From assembly GCA_041661045.1 (NCBI GenBank), contig JBAZVE010000001.1, positions 150,001-182,000 of the forward strand: DNA of 32,000 nt, in the 5' to 3' direction. The notes under the pieces are model-generated. The model saw nothing but the letters and a program-made list of their open reading frames with translations. It made no database searches and was not told where the DNA came from. The position numbers were made by a program, and so were the translations under genes. The stretch comes from Candidatus Saccharimonadota bacterium. Lineage in GTDB: Bacteria > Patescibacteriota > Gracilibacteria > UBA1369 > 2-02-FULL-48-14. Shown here piece after piece: positions 8,467 through 16,226 of this stretch (the stretch's first letter is position 1; each line of letters opens with the position of its first letter).

Positions 8467-9360
8467 TTAGCGCAGGCTTCCTTCTTGGGAAAGCTGAGCA
8501 ATGGCCTCCGCGCTCAAATGCATGGCCGCCGCATTCGCCTCAATACGGTCTGCAGCGTCTGAACCAAAATTTTCATCCACCAAGTTTACCATTTGCCCGA
8601 TGTTTTGGGCTTTTTGCACTTCGGGGTGATTGAGAATTTCTTGGAAGAAATTGGACGGAGGCAGATGAGACACAAAGGATTGGTAAGCCTCGGCACTGTA
8701 TAAATATTCCGCATTGGATCCTCCGGCCGCCTGCATGATTTCCGCATGCTTATCTGTGAGAAGATCCTTCACACTTTTTGCGTCCGACTGCGTTTCCCAC
8801 AATGTTTTTGCAGGTTCGTTTGCAGGTGCAGTGGAAGAAAGCACGGGTGTTTTGAAAAGTTCTGGAGCAGCAACTGAGGGTGTTTCCACACTGGTGGAAG
8901 CCACTGCACTAGAGCTTGATTCTGTATTGAAATCTTGAATTCCTGTTCCCAAAACTGCAATCGTCGCGAGTCCGGCGGCCCCAAGTACGGGAGTTGTGCT
9001 TTTATCCAGCACTTCTCCCACAACACTCATCACTCTTTTCACCGCATTTTGCACTTTGCTTGTGATTTTGCTGAGCCAAGAGGTCTTTGGTGCCGAGGTT
9101 TCCATCTTTTCCCCTTCGGCAAACCAAGCGGCTTCCGTTATTTCCTCTTCTTCCTTAAACCAGGTGCTCTCTGCATTAGTTTCTTCCGCAGATTTTACAT
9201 ATTTAGGTATAGGTGCGTCTGAGGCAGAGGCAATCCCCATCACATCCGTGGGTGTGAGTGTGCTGAGCCCATCCTCGGCTTCCTCTTCTAGGTCGAAGTC
9301 TGGCATGTCCGATTCTGATTCTGGAAGATCAATGTCATCTTCCCATAGTTCCCATGTCAT
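8467..9360 (-). CDS. hypothetical single-pass membrane protein with a highly acidic N-terminus, 297 aa
   Basis: Acidic N-terminal ~110 aa and one hydrophobic segment (TTPVLGAAGLATIAVLGTGI). It is the first gene of an apparent operon with rlmH and capA, separated by a 9-nt gap and then a 4-nt overlap. Confidence 0.6.
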   Translation of the reverse strand: MTWELWEDDIDLPESESDMPDFDLEEEAEDGLSTLTPTDVMGIASASDAPIPKYVKSAEETNAESTWFKEEEEITEAAWFAEGEKMETSAPKTSWLSKITSKVQNAVKRVMSVVGEVLDKSTTPVLGAAGLATIAVLGTGIQDFNTESSSSAVASTSVETPSVAAPELFKTPVLSSTAPANEPAKTLWETQSDAKSVKDLLTDKHAEIMQAAGGSNAEYLYSAEAYQSFVSHLPPSNFFQEILNHPEVQKAQNIGQMVNLVDENFGSDAADRIEANAAAMHLSAEAIAQLSQEGSLR

Positions 9361-9441
9361 GTTGTAGATAAGTTAAGTGTCTTGCGAGGGATATGACGAC
9401 TGGGCTAGGATTTTCTTACACAAATTGCTAAAATTTGGCTT

Positions 9442-10821
9442 GTGAAACCTAAAAAGAACCAAGAGCTGGAACTCAAAATTGATGCGCTTGTTTATGGTGG
9501 AAATGGCATTGGACAGGTGGAGGGATACAAGGTTTTTGTGGACAGCGTGGCGCCCGGGGATTCCGTTTTGGCGCGAATGACCAAGGCAAAAAGCAGTTAT
9601 GGGGAGGCCAAACTTTTGAAGGTTTTACAGCCTTCTGCGCTGCGCATTGAACCTCGCTGCAAACATTTTTCCGTGTGTGGCGGCTGCAAATGGCAGTTTT
9701 TGGATTATGCCAAGCAATGCGATGAAAAAGAGCAACAAGTGAAGGATGCCGTTTCACGCATTGGCGGGCTTCCGGTTTCCTTGGTGAAGCCGCTGATTCC
9801 GTGTGTGGAGCCGTGGTTTTATCGCAATAAAATGGAGCTTTCATTTGGACTTTCGGCGAGCGGAGAGGCGATGCTTGGTTTTTATCCCCCCGGCTATCAT
9901 TATGAAGTTTTTGATTTAGAAGAATGCTTTTTGCAGTCGGAACTTTTGGCGGAGATTGCGAAAAAAGTGCGAGACTTTGCCAACGAGCACAAGATCCCCG
10001 TTTACAATTCCAAAACACACGAAGGCTTGCTGCGAACGCTCACGGTGCGCGAGGGGAAAAATACAGGCGAAGTGATGGTGATTTTGACGACTTCCACCGG
10101 TGTGTTCGATCATAAAGATGGCTTTGTCGCTTTGTTTGAGAACGACCCTCGCATCAGCTCCGTGTACTGGAATAGTGTGTACCAAGTGCCGGGGCAACCC
10201 ACCTGGATTGAGGAAAATTTGCTGGCGGGGAAAGCGAGCTTAACGGAAACACTGATGCTGGAAACCGGTGTGCAATTGGAATTTGATATCCTCCCCCAAG
10301 CCTTCTTCCAAACCAACACCAAACAAGCGGAAGTGCTGTACTCTCAAGTGCTTTTGGCGGCGGGCCTCACGGGTGAAGAAGTGGTCTTTGATTTGTACTG
10401 CGGCACCGGAACCATTGGACTTTTTTGCGCGCACAAGGCCAAGCAGGTGGTGGGCATCGAAATCAATGAATCCGCCGTGGAAAGCGCGCGGGGCAACGCG
10501 CAACGGAACAAGATCAGCAATGTAAGTTTTTACCTCGGCGGCGTGGAACAACGATTGGAAGAACTCGGCAAAAGTAGTGTGGCAAAGCCCGACATCGTGA
10601 TTGTGGATCCGCCCCGCGCCGGCCTCGAAGGCGATACCGTAGAAAAAGTGGCGGCCTTCCGCGCAAACAAAATCGTCTATGTTTCTTGCAACCCCAGCAC
10701 GCTCGCACGAGACCTCAAACTCTTTGCCGAAAAAGGCTACACGGTGGCGAGCATCCAGCCCGTGGACATGTTCCCCCAGACGCATCATATTGAGTGCATC
10801 GCTGTATTAGACAGTCAGTAG
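9442..10821 (+). CDS. rlmD: 23S rRNA (uracil-5-)-methyltransferase, RlmD/RumA family, 459 aa
   Basis: N-terminal TRAM-like domain, Fe-S cysteine cluster (CKHFSVCGGCKWQ), SAM-binding DLYCGTGT, and C-terminal DMFPQTHHIECIAVL. GTG start lies 7 nt after TGc-TAAAAT (9426-9434). Confidence 0.9.
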   Translation: MKPKKNQELELKIDALVYGGNGIGQVEGYKVFVDSVAPGDSVLARMTKAKSSYGEAKLLKVLQPSALRIEPRCKHFSVCGGCKWQFLDYAKQCDEKEQQVKDAVSRIGGLPVSLVKPLIPCVEPWFYRNKMELSFGLSASGEAMLGFYPPGYHYEVFDLEECFLQSELLAEIAKKVRDFANEHKIPVYNSKTHEGLLRTLTVREGKNTGEVMVILTTSTGVFDHKDGFVALFENDPRISSVYWNSVYQVPGQPTWIEENLLAGKASLTETLMLETGVQLEFDILPQAFFQTNTKQAEVLYSQVLLAAGLTGEEVVFDLYCGTGTIGLFCAHKAKQVVGIEINESAVESARGNAQRNKISNVSFYLGGVEQRLEELGKSSVAKPDIVIVDPPRAGLEGDTVEKVAAFRANKIVYVSCNPSTLARDLKLFAEKGYTVASIQPVDMFPQTHHIECIAVLDSQ

Positions 10822-11571
10822 CTCTTTCACTCCAGTTAAAGCTTTTACATTACTAACGAGGGTTTGGAAACCAGCTTCAAGGTTCGCACACGCTTTTCCT
10901 ACTGGTCTGTCACCAGAAAAGATGTGTACCCACCCATCAGCTACCATAACCTGATCTCCTTTAACTATGAGCCTTCTACGCGCATGACCAAATCTTCCTG
11001 TCCCTTGTCCCCAACCAGTACTTACTGTTAGCTCAGGGTAGTTAAAGCATACTAATGAAACAAAGCTATAAGTTGAACCTGGCAACCCAAACTCACTCAC
11101 AGAATGAGGAGGGCAGGTTGTGAGGATTAACATATAGTTATCCCCATCAAGGGCACCAAAGGCCTGATACAAAGGAGCACCCTCAGTATTAGATACTTCA
11201 GCAAACTTGGTTGGGCGCACAGGTGCCTCAAAAGAGCTGTCGGGGTCCACATACATCCTAGTTGCAACTGAATGATGATGTAGGGTTTGAAGTACTTGCT
11301 GTAGACTCCCTCGCTGTGGATCAGTTAAGCCAACGGGACCAGTCTCTGGTGAAATTGTCTGATGACCTTTGGCTCGCCCCCTACCATCACTCAATGCAGC
11401 TTCAACGGAACTATGGAAGCGCTCCTCTTTAGCAAATGCTTTCAGTTGTGCTGTATGACCGTAGCCTACCGAAGTCCCTAGGTCAGCACGAGTTAATAAG
11501 CTTTGTCCTTCCCGAAGCAGTTCCACAGCAGCATCCCGTGCTTTCCTCTCAAGAATGTCGGGGTTACTCAT
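10807..11571 (-). CDS. hypothetical protein, 254 aa
   Basis: Long ORF with a near-consensus promoter upstream and orphan-style codon usage. Its 3' end overlaps the rlmD 3' end by 15 nt. No family recognised. Confidence 0.6.
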   Translation of the reverse strand: MSNPDILERKARDAAVELLREGQSLLTRADLGTSVGYGHTAQLKAFAKEERFHSSVEAALSDGRGRAKGHQTISPETGPVGLTDPQRGSLQQVLQTLHHHSVATRMYVDPDSSFEAPVRPTKFAEVSNTEGAPLYQAFGALDGDNYMLILTTCPPHSVSEFGLPGSTYSFVSLVCFNYPELTVSTGWGQGTGRFGHARRRLIVKGDQVMVADGWVHIFSGDRPVGKACANLEAGFQTLVSNVKALTGVKELLTV

Positions 11572-11601
11572 AAGGAAATGGATTTACGAGTTAAGTGTCA
11601 T

Positions 11602-11630
11602 ACTTTAATCAAGGGGCTTTATGTTGTCAA
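11602..11630 (-). promoter_or_regulatory. promoter for CDS 10807..11571
   Basis: On the minus strand: TTGACA (11630-11625, overlapping the cca stop codon), N17, TAAAGT (11607-11602), then 30 nt to the ATG at 11571. Confidence 0.5.
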
Positions 11631-12946
11631 GATTCCCCTTTCTTAAGCCATTCCAGTGCTTCTATCTTGCTGGAAATTTCATGCTCCAGTTGTTTTTCCA
11701 TGAGTTCGCTCAGGATTTCGCCGACACGGGGGCCGGCTTTGAGGCCGAGGGTGGCCATGATTTCTTCTCCTGTTAAAAATGGTTTGGGTTTTTCTTTGAA
11801 GTGGGAAAGGCATTCCGCATACGCTGCTTTGACTTTGTGGTAGAGGCTGAGGTCGCCGGGCGTGGTGCCCGCTGCATCGGCGTAAAATAAAAGAAGCAAG
11901 TCCGGGAAACGGGGGTCGAGGAACCAGTGGCGCTGACGGCCGATGGGCATGTCCAGCAATTGTTGCATCATGAAATGGTGTTTCACCACCCATGAAACAT
12001 GCTCAATGTCGTGGCGCGAAAAGCGCAGGCGGCGCATGATGCGTTCGGCGATTTCGGCGGAGACTTCGGCGTGGCCATCGGTGCGGATGCGCTCGGCAAT
12101 TTTAAAAGTTTCGGGCTTGCCGATGTCGTGAAAAATCACGGCCCAGTGGGCCAGAAGTCCGGCGTCTTCGGGCAGCGAATCGAGGGCATGCATCAGATGC
12201 GTCCACACATCGCCTTCTTGGTGGAATTGCATGGGTTGAGCCAAGCCTTTGCACGCTTCCAGTTCAGGCAAAATGTACGGCAGCACTTCGGTGTCCTGCA
12301 TGTCTTCAAAGGCCACCGGAGCACTCTTCGCCAGAATGATTTTATTCAGCTCGTCGCGCACCCGTTCCCAGCTCACTTTGTCGGCGAGTTGCGCGTGTTT
12401 GCGCAGGGCGGCGTAGGTGTCCGGATGGTAGCCAAAATTGAGTGTGTTCTTAAAACGAATGGCGCGAATGATGCGCAAATGATCTTCCAAAATGCGTTGA
12501 TGCGGGTCTCCAATGAATCGAATGAGGCGATTGCTGAGGTCGTCTTGGCCACCGACAAAATCGTGAACTTCTTTGGTGACAGGATCATAAAAAAGTCCAT
12601 TGATGGTGAAGTCGCGGCGCTTGGCATCCTCCTCCGCATGGGTGAAAAGCACGGCATCCGGGCGGCGGCCATCGGAATACCCGGAGTCGCTGCGAAAGGT
12701 GGCGATTTCAAAAGTATGACCGTTTTCCACCACATGAATCACGCCAAAACTCTTCCCCACCGCGTAGGTCTCTTTGAATGATTTTTCAATTTCGTCGGGC
12801 AGCGCGCTGGTGGCGATGTCATAATCCTTGGGCTCTTTTTTGAGCAGCATATCCCGCACGCAACCTCCCGCAAAATACGCCTTATATCCGGCGTCTTGCA
12901 GAGTCTTTACGATTTGTGTGGCGGTTTGGTGCATGGCAGCATCCAT
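11627..12946 (-). CDS. cca: CCA-adding tRNA nucleotidyltransferase with HD domain, 439 aa
   Basis: GGCVRDMLL and DYDIAT polymerase-beta motifs, and a C-terminal HD domain (FHDIGK). TAGGGT (12958-12953) lies 6 nt before the ATG. Confidence 0.9.
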   Translation of the reverse strand: MDAAMHQTATQIVKTLQDAGYKAYFAGGCVRDMLLKKEPKDYDIATSALPDEIEKSFKETYAVGKSFGVIHVVENGHTFEIATFRSDSGYSDGRRPDAVLFTHAEEDAKRRDFTINGLFYDPVTKEVHDFVGGQDDLSNRLIRFIGDPHQRILEDHLRIIRAIRFKNTLNFGYHPDTYAALRKHAQLADKVSWERVRDELNKIILAKSAPVAFEDMQDTEVLPYILPELEACKGLAQPMQFHQEGDVWTHLMHALDSLPEDAGLLAHWAVIFHDIGKPETFKIAERIRTDGHAEVSAEIAERIMRRLRFSRHDIEHVSWVVKHHFMMQQLLDMPIGRQRHWFLDPRFPDLLLLFYADAAGTTPGDLSLYHKVKAAYAECLSHFKEKPKPFLTGEEIMATLGLKAGPRVGEILSELMEKQLEHEISSKIEALEWLKKGES

Positions 12947-13006
12947 GATAACACCCTATCCAAAAAATGTCGCCAGTTGAGCCCAAATAAGAGGAGGAAT
13001 TCTTTC

Positions 13007-13207
13007 TTATGGATTTATCCTGTGAGTCGGGTCTGCCCAGTCTGGATCCTCCAGCACTGAGACGATTTGGTCGATTGCACCCCTTGCACAAGTTATTAAT
13101 CCTACTACTCTATTGGGTACGGGATGGTGGGCACTCCCTCTTCCCAGTTGTTTAAGTACCTGTTTGACCATGTCTCTTGCGGTAGAACCTCCTTCGGGAA
13201 TTCTCAT
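13007..13207 (-). CDS. possible small hypothetical protein, 66 aa
   Basis: It fills most of an otherwise unusually long (320 nt) spacer between cca and tsaD. Codon usage is orphan-style (AGA/AGG Arg). No homology or convincing promoter seen. Confidence 0.25.
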   Translation of the reverse strand: MRIPEGGSTARDMVKQVLKQLGRGSAHHPVPNRVVGLITCARGAIDQIVSVLEDPDWADPTHRINP

Positions 13208-13267
13208 AAAGTAATGTTTTTAAAAATTAATGAATCACTTTACCATGACTATGATAAAATACAAATT

Positions 13268-14239
13268 ATGTTGATTCTTTCACTAGAAACTTCGTGTGAT
13301 GAAACCTCTGTGGCCGTGGTGCGTGGTGGTCGGGAGGTGCTTTCCAATGTGATTGCTTCCCAGATTGCCAAGCACACCGAAACCGGGGGTGTGGTGCCGG
13401 AGGTGGCGGCGCGCGAGCACATTACAGCGATGATTCCGGTTTTGCGGCAAGCGCTTGCGGAGGCGGGTGTGGATTGGAGCGCAGTCGACGCGATTGCGGT
13501 GACCAAAGAACCGGGGCTGATCGGCTCGCTGGTGGTGGGGCGCGTAACGGCGGCAGCGCTGGCTTTTGCCTTGGATAAGCCCCTGATTGAGGTGAATCAT
13601 ATTCATGGCCATATGTATTCCACTTGGCTGCTGGGCGAGGACCTTACGGAACCCCTCCCCGAGTATCCTATTTTGGTGCTCACGGTTTCTGGCGGGCATA
13701 ATGAACTGGTTTTACTGAGCGGTCCGGGGCAGTTTACGCTGTTGGCGGAGACCGTGGATGATGCCGCGGGTGAGGCTTTCGACAAAGTGGCGCGGCTGCT
13801 GGGGCTCGGCTATCCGGGCGGGCCCATCATCGAAAAACGGGCAAAACTCGGCAACGCGAAGGCCGTCCCCTTTCCCATCGGTCTACCACGAGAAAACAAT
13901 TTCAGTTTTTCCGGGCTCAAAACGGCGGTGCTTTATTATTTGCAGGAAAATGAGGACAAGATGGCTGATGAAGCCTTTATCAATGACACGGCGGCGAGTT
14001 TCCAGAGTGCCGCGACAGAGGCCCTGGTCCTCAAGCTGATGCGCGCGTTGGAAACGCATAAAGTGAAAGAAGTGCACCTGACGGGTGGGGTTTCGGCCAA
14101 TTCGTTTTTGCGCCAGCGCATTGAGATGGAATTGGCTAAACTTGACGAAGCGCCGCTTTTTCGCCACCCCAAGCGCATGAGCTATTGCACCGACAACGCC
14201 GCCATGATCGCAGCGGCCGCCACTTTCATGCGAGGCTGA
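13268..14239 (+). CDS. tsaD: tRNA N6-adenosine threonylcarbamoyltransferase TsaD, 323 aa
   Basis: LSLETSCDETSVAVV N-terminus, HIHGH metal site, CTDNAAMIA near the C-terminus. Start set at ATG 13268, 7 nt after TGa-TAAAAT (13252-13260). The track's upstream start at 13124 adds 48 non-homologous residues. Confidence 0.9.
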   Translation: MLILSLETSCDETSVAVVRGGREVLSNVIASQIAKHTETGGVVPEVAAREHITAMIPVLRQALAEAGVDWSAVDAIAVTKEPGLIGSLVVGRVTAAALAFALDKPLIEVNHIHGHMYSTWLLGEDLTEPLPEYPILVLTVSGGHNELVLLSGPGQFTLLAETVDDAAGEAFDKVARLLGLGYPGGPIIEKRAKLGNAKAVPFPIGLPRENNFSFSGLKTAVLYYLQENEDKMADEAFINDTAASFQSAATEALVLKLMRALETHKVKEVHLTGGVSANSFLRQRIEMELAKLDEAPLFRHPKRMSYCTDNAAMIAAAATFMRG

Positions 14240-14245
14240 TTGATG

Positions 14246-14335
14246 CGAGGCGCAGGAATAGGAAGCTCTCTCAGAGCGCTCCGGGCCGCTAGGCCAAGTC
14301 TTACTTCCTCGTGATCTTCCTATTCCTGCGCCTCG
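14246..14335. repeat. perfect 20-bp inverted repeat with a 50-nt spacer
   Basis: cgaggcgcaggaataggaag (14246-14265) is the exact reverse complement of cttcctattcctgcgcctcg (14316-14335). The spacer contains a GGCC-GCTA-GGCC mini-hairpin. No U-run follows. Confidence 0.8.
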
Positions 14336-14337
14336 AC

Positions 14338-14366
14338 TTTACAAAGCGTGGTCTTTGTTTTATAGT
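14338..14366 (+). promoter_or_regulatory. promoter for CDS 14390..14770
   Basis: TTTACA (14338-14343), N17, TATAGT (14361-14366), then 23 nt to the ATG. Confidence 0.45.
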
Positions 14367-14389
14367 GGAGGCGACTTTAACTTTTAGAC

Positions 14390-14770
14390 ATGCCTAGAGA
14401 ATTTCCGCTTGGAGATCCTGGAGAGATTATCAAGAGACTTCCCGATCCGAGCAAAATACCTTTGCTTCCCGGTGTGGAAGATGAATTAGATATAGGCCCC
14501 TTGGGGAATCCCCTTAAAAAGAAGAGGCCTAAGCCTGACTATAGGTTTCCAACTAGAGATGAATGGGATGATTTTGATGCCTCTCAAGCGATGCCTGCTA
14601 CGGGAGTTTGGGACCTTCCTCTTGTGGATGAGAATGGTGGCCCCGAAGAAATCCCTGGTGATGATAAACCGGATATAGATGACGAAGAGCCAGTGTGGAC
14701 CCCTTTGCCTCGAGCTCCAGAGAGGCAAGCTCCGGAGCCGGAGGTTTATGCCGGACCTTGGCATTTCTAA
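14390..14770 (+). CDS. hypothetical Pro/Asp/Glu-rich (probably disordered) protein, 126 aa
   Basis: ORF with its own promoter. Low-complexity acidic, proline-rich sequence. No family recognised. Confidence 0.5.
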   Translation: MPREFPLGDPGEIIKRLPDPSKIPLLPGVEDELDIGPLGNPLKKKRPKPDYRFPTRDEWDDFDASQAMPATGVWDLPLVDENGGPEEIPGDDKPDIDDEEPVWTPLPRAPERQAPEPEVYAGPWHF

Positions 14771-14837
14771 AATTAAACTTGCTCTAATCTGAAATTCTGG
14801 TAGAATTTTAGGTAATCTTTTGACTCCTTAAATTTTT

Positions 14838-16184
14838 ATGACCGACGAAACCACCAATGAACAGGGGGGCAAGACGCAGAAGCTTCAAACTCCTCAAGGT
14901 ATTCATGATATTTTGCCAAAGGATCATGAATATTTTACCTTCATCAAAAAAGTGGTGAGGCATCGGTGTAGGCAAGCGGGTTTTAGACGCATCACGACTC
15001 CTATTTTGGAGTACACGGAGGTTTTTGATCGCTCCATTGGAGAAGACACGGACATTGTTTCCAAAGAAATGTACACCTTCACGGACCGAAGCGGGCGCAG
15101 TTTGACCTTGAAGCCGGAGGGGACCGCGGGTGCCGTGCGCTCTTATCTTCAACACGGGATGAAAGAATGGCCACAACCGGTTGAGCTCTATTACATTGAA
15201 CCTCACTTCCGCTACGATCGTCCTCAAAAGGGGCGCTACCGTATGTTCTGGCAAATTGGCGTGGAGATTATTGGAGAAAGCGACCCCGCACTGGATGTGC
15301 AGTGTATTTTCTTGGCGTGGAAGTTCTTTAAGGACCTTGGGGTGGCGGACCGATTTTCGTTGCAGCTCAACAATATCGGCTCACAAAAAAGTCGCGCCAA
15401 ATACAAAGAGGCCTTGGTGAATTACTACACCGGTAAGGAAAGAAATCTGTGTGAAGACTGCCAAAGAAGACTGAATACAAATCCTCTGCGCTTGCTGGAT
15501 TGTAAGGTGGAAGACTGCGTGATTTTGGCGCAGCTGGCCCCTAAATTTGACCAATACCGCAGCGATGAAGACACCGCTTTCCACAACAGTGTGAAGGAAT
15601 TTTTAACAGAAATTGGGATTGAATACACCGAAAACGACAAGTTGGTGCGCGGGCTCGATTATTACACCCAAACGGTGTTTGAATTCTGGGACAAGGAAAC
15701 GCACGGGCAAAATGCCGTGGGCGGTGGCGGCCGTTACGATGGTTTGGTGGAGCAGATGGGTGGAGAACCCACTCCGGCGGTTGGTTTTGCCATTGGAATC
15801 GATCGGCTCATCATGCACATGAAGGCAGCCAGTGTGAAAGTGCCTTCCAAAGATGAGGTTCATATTTTTGTGGCGCAACTTGGCGATGAAGCGAAGAAAA
15901 AATGTCTCCTTTTGATCGATGAACTGCGAGAACGAGGAGTGCGAACGGTGGGCGCGCTGGGGAAAGGCAGCATGAAGGCGCAAATGCGTTTGGCCGACAA
16001 ATTCAAGGTGCCTTACTGTTTGATTTTGGGTGCCACCGAGGTGCGCGAAAAAGTGATTATTGTGCGCGACATGTCCAAAGGCCAGCAACGCGCTGTGCCC
16101 ATGGATGAAGTTGTGGACGAAGTCGTGAAACTCATCGGAGAAAAGAACTTGGACACCTACAGCCCGGGAGAGATTTCGTTTTAA
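14838..16184 (+). CDS. hisS: histidine--tRNA ligase, 448 aa
   Basis: Class II aaRS motifs (GIHDILP, TPILEYTEVF, MYTFTDRSGRSLTLKPEGTAGAVR, GGGRYDGL) and a C-terminal anticodon-binding domain. The TGg-TAGAAT promoter at 14798-14806 gives a leader of about 25 nt. Confidence 0.95.
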   Translation: MTDETTNEQGGKTQKLQTPQGIHDILPKDHEYFTFIKKVVRHRCRQAGFRRITTPILEYTEVFDRSIGEDTDIVSKEMYTFTDRSGRSLTLKPEGTAGAVRSYLQHGMKEWPQPVELYYIEPHFRYDRPQKGRYRMFWQIGVEIIGESDPALDVQCIFLAWKFFKDLGVADRFSLQLNNIGSQKSRAKYKEALVNYYTGKERNLCEDCQRRLNTNPLRLLDCKVEDCVILAQLAPKFDQYRSDEDTAFHNSVKEFLTEIGIEYTENDKLVRGLDYYTQTVFEFWDKETHGQNAVGGGGRYDGLVEQMGGEPTPAVGFAIGIDRLIMHMKAASVKVPSKDEVHIFVAQLGDEAKKKCLLLIDELRERGVRTVGALGKGSMKAQMRLADKFKVPYCLILGATEVREKVIIVRDMSKGQQRAVPMDEVVDEVVKLIGEKNLDTYSPGEISF

Positions 16185-16191
16185 GTTGTTG

Positions 16192-16220
16192 TGGACGACG
16201 AGTGCCAAATCCGCTACAAT
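16192..16220 (+). promoter_or_regulatory. promoter for the SLH-domain gene (leaderless geometry)
   Basis: TGGACG (16192-16197), N17, TACAAT (16215-16220), N6 (caaacc), ATG at 16227. Confidence 0.45.
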
Positions 16221-16226
16221 CAAACC

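Noticed and set aside
11999-12781. A 260-aa antisense ORF opposite cca. Similar long ORFs lie opposite hisS (15603..16223), rlmD (9473..10018, 10240..10788), recJ/mazG (24241..24753, 24790..25359, 25305..25853) and the aminotransferase (28226..28870). There is also an off-frame same-strand ORF inside recJ (24131..24775).
   Set aside because: All overlap genes with clear homology-type motifs. All show biased, repetitive composition, and none has promoter or start-codon context. They are the same shadow-ORF effect.
13124-13267. The upstream start for tsaD given by the ORF track, which adds 48 codons.
   Set aside because: The extra residues do not resemble TsaD. The conserved N-terminus (MLILSLETSCDET) starts at 13268, and a TGaTAAAAT -10 element sits inside the extension, 7 nt before that ATG.
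14228-14336. Reading the atgcgaggc duplication as a target-site duplication of a MITE bounded by the 20-bp inverted repeat.
   Set aside because: Both copies of the 9-mer lie on the same (left) side of the repeat, and the second overlaps the left arm. Nothing matching follows the right arm, so it does not have TSD geometry.
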